Below, in pieces: positions 60,991 to 64,000 of a DNA stretch of 64,000 nucleotides. How positions within the stretch are numbered: the stretch's first letter is position 1; every line of letters starts with the position of its first letter. The notes below the pieces were generated by a model, which searched no databases, was not told the origin of the DNA, and saw only the letters and a list, made by a program, of their open reading frames with translations. Where the stretch lies: positions 583,854,001 to 583,918,000 of the forward strand of contig NC_067399.1 of the NCBI RefSeq assembly GCF_016432865.1. The letters run 5' to 3'. This DNA comes from Antechinus flavipes (lineage: Eukaryota). The translations under genes and the position numbers were made by a program.

Positions 60991-63900
60991 GTCAAATTCC
61001 ACATAACAAAAAATGATACAAAATTTAAGTTAAATGAAGCTAGATTGATATTTGCTATCCCCTAACAATCTAAAGTTCTATCACTTGCTATAGGTTCTTT
61101 TAGGCATATATTTTCTCCCATTAGAGATCAGGGAAGCCAAACAAGGAATAAAGCATATAAACCTAGAAATTCAAAGTCAGGAGACATCTTGGACTATAAA
61201 TAAATAAGCCCATAAATAACTTTGTCTTTGAAGCAGTTTGAATAGTGTTTTTACCATCTTGTTGCCCTTTCCATCCTATTTCAAAATCCACTCCCTTTAT
61301 TCATTTCCATGTTCCAAGTGCATTCCCTCTTGAAATCTCTTATCTTTCCTTTAAGATACATTTTTGATGTTACCTCATATGTGAGGCTTTACTAATTTTG
61401 CACACCCCCTAGCCTTGGTTGTTAAAGCTTTAGCTCTCTTTGCAGTATTGTGAATATTTTTTACATAGACTTATCTGTGTTCACCTTGTGTCCAGTAAAA
61501 TGAAAGCTCTTTGAGGACAGACACTGTATATTTGCATCCTCTTCCCTTGGCAATATCCCTGCATTTTATTTATTATTTTTGAAGCAGATATAAGAGATGA
61601 TCAGTGTAGAGAACTCATGGAAGAAATTTCCTATGCCAGGATAAGTGCATGCTCTTTAATATATAGTCTTAAGTGTTGTCAGGAGTTGTCAAAGGTTAAG
61701 TGAGTTGCTCAGGTTTACCTTCCAGGTATATATCAGAGGCAGTTTTTGAACTTGGGTCTTCCTAACTCTCAGGCTAACTCTCCATCCATTAGATCATGGT
61801 AACTCCACATCAAATTTATATATAGTAGGAATTTAATAAATGTTTGTTTGAACTGAGTTAGATTGAGCATAAAGTATCTTCTAATTGCTAACATTCAAAA
61901 GATCTGTGATTACTTTCTTTCCCTAAGTTTGAAAAGCAAGAGATAGAAACATCTCTGAGGTCTAAGGTCCTATAACCCATTGTCATTAACAGTTTGTAGA
62001 TTTAAACAAAACTAATTTTGTAATTAATTTTTTTCCTATCAGAGAAAGTTGTGTAAGAGGCTGATTTGGGGTCCTGAAAGAAAGACACAGGATTTCTGCT
62101 GAAATAATCAAAATAGCAAAGAGAGGAAGTATGTCCCAGGAAAGATCAAAGGATAATTGACTTTGAAAAGAGAAGAGGGTGGGAGAGAGAATTCTCTCCA
62201 AACATCTGAAAGGCAGACAACTGAGATATTTTTTCACTTGCCTCTAAGGCACAGATTGGTGATATTGATCAATTGTTTTAGCTGTTTCCAATTCTTCATT
62301 TGAGGTTTTCTTGGCTGAGATCTTAGAGCAGTGTGCTACTTCCTTCTCTAACTCCTTTTACAGATGAGGAAACTGAGAAAAACAGAAAAAAAGTGACTTA
62401 CTGGAGAGCACACAATTAAGTGTCTTTGGTCAAATTTAAACTCAAGGAAGATGAGTTTTCCTGATTTCAAGCCTGACATTCTATCCACTGAGTCACATAG
62501 CAGCCAAAGATCCTATTAGGATCTTATATCAAAAGTTAGAAGGGACTTCAAACCATTTAGTCCAACCTCTTAATTTTACAGAAGTCCAAGAAATTCAAAT
62601 GCATCGCCCACAATTATGCTGGTGATAAAATCCACAAATCAGGACCCAGTTCCTGACATCTCTTGGATTTCAAAATCATGTCCCTTCTACTACTAATTCA
62701 TCCTGGAAATATCCTCAAGTGCTTAGGGACTCCTGGTTCTAGATGAGCTTGCCACACTTGTAGCCCATTCTCTGAGGAATTATAATTCTCTATTTCTGCA
62801 TTGGTACGCCCTATATCCCTCTCTCTCACTGGTGAGTCCCTTCTGGAGACTCCATTTAATAGAGGGGCCTTTGTTGATTTACCTTCATTGTCCTCGCAGC
62901 CCCAAACTTGACTTCCTTCATCCCCCAAAACCGCACTTTTCAGCTCCCTCTTTTGTGTTTTCTTCCCCTATTAGAGTGTAATAAAGATGCTCCTTAGGTC
63001 AGGGACTATTTTTCTTTATACTTATATAATATTTGTAACCCTAATGTTTAGCACAGTGCCTGACATAGTAAATGCTTTATAAATGTTTGTGTCCTTTCAT
63101 TTTACTGGAAGTAGATTAAATGAAAAAAATTTTTCTAGCCATAGAATGGGGTAGCTAATGAGCTAACAAGCTCCCTCCTATTTGGGATGTTTACTGCAAA
63201 GCTTGAAAAACTACTAATTGGAGTTGTATCTGTGATCGATGTAGAATTTAGATTAGATAACAATTTAGATACTCAATAGCATTAAGATTCTAATGATAGT
63301 CAAGGGGAAAACCAGGGATCATGGATGGGGAGGAAAGAAAGGGAGAAACAGAAAAGGAGAGCTGTAACATGAAGTTTGAGGGAGATACTGGACTTGTGCA
63401 ATATTATTCACATTATAGCTGTTTCCCTTTTAATCCCTATAGATGAGGGTCCTTGCTTAGAAAAAAAATATAGAAAGAATGAAATGAGATTATATTAGAT
63501 GATAGGATCCCCAAGATTTCCTCCCCTATGTCGTGACTCTCTTTCTGAAGCCTCAAACAAACCTAACAACCACTACCCTCTCTCTTATTCACTTCAGAAA
63601 AAACAGGAAGAAAGAAAAAAAATAAAAAAAACCAACTAAAAATAAGTTTCAAAACTGAAATTCCACAATGATGTTTACACCTGTTCTTTTGTTGTGTCTC
63701 AATGAAGAGCAACAATACCAGTCTTTTGACAAGGGTGGAATTAGGGCCCAGATCATTCTAGAAAATAAGAACTAAGGCCTGTATTGTGGCTCCCTGCTCT
63801 GTTCCCTGATTAATGCCTAGCTGCTAACTGCAACCATCCCTGCCAGCTGAATCTCTCATTTCTTTATAACAAATCAGAGACCAAGCAAGGTCTTCTTTGA

Positions 63901-64000
63901 GAGCCTGTCATTAACTTTGCAATTATGGTTATTATCAACTATGTGCTAATTTCTCAACATCTTTTAAGATCTGTAAATTATGAAGAACTGGGTATGTATA

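Noticed and set aside
1-64000. CRISPR arrays, operons, prophage, defence or other prokaryotic systems
   Set aside because: The window is spliceosomal-intron-containing mammalian DNA, and the tandem repeats lack unique spacers of constant length.
1-64000. Non-retroviral endogenous viral elements, NUMTs, intact rRNA or tRNA genes, a second gene on the minus strand
   Set aside because: I recognised no such sequence by eye. tRNA-like A/B boxes belong to SINE heads. A BLASTX/tRNAscan run would be needed to exclude highly diverged cases.

Overview
Eukaryotic, AT-rich, repeat-dense genomic DNA, most likely from an Australian marsupial (inferred from WSINE1-like, Mar1-like and marsupial-type L1 repeats; possibly a dasyurid). 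The one intact gene is the 3' half of SORCS3 (VPS10-domain receptor) on the + strand. I assembled 11 GT-AG coding exons by hand from 15805 to 50904 (1408 nt, all splice phases compatible). They encode the end of the 10CC domain, two PKD-like domains, the membrane-proximal domain, the transmembrane helix and the cytoplasmic tail ending ...KEIPNCTSV*. A ~1.75 kb 3'UTR follows, with AATAAA at 52644. The window starts inside an upstream SORCS3 intron that holds a decayed, intronless RRP1/Nop52-family retrocopy. The rest is introns and 3' flank full of L1, L2, CR1/L3, MIR/Mar1/WSINE1 SINEs, two solo LTRs, hAT and Tc1/mariner relics, a 7SL retrocopy and simple repeats. Nearly all ORFs in the supplied track are spurious. 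There is no prokaryotic-type system (no CRISPR array, operon or defence island). The best lead is a repeat-free block in the intron after the transmembrane exon (43830-44200). It holds a frame-preserving 54-nt exon candidate, a second acceptor with an early stop, and a polyA signal, which could give SORCS3 alternative cytoplasmic tails like those known for SORCS1 and SORCS2. Repeat family names come from recalled consensus sequences, not from a database search, and repeat boundaries are approximate unless a target-site duplication (TSD) is given.
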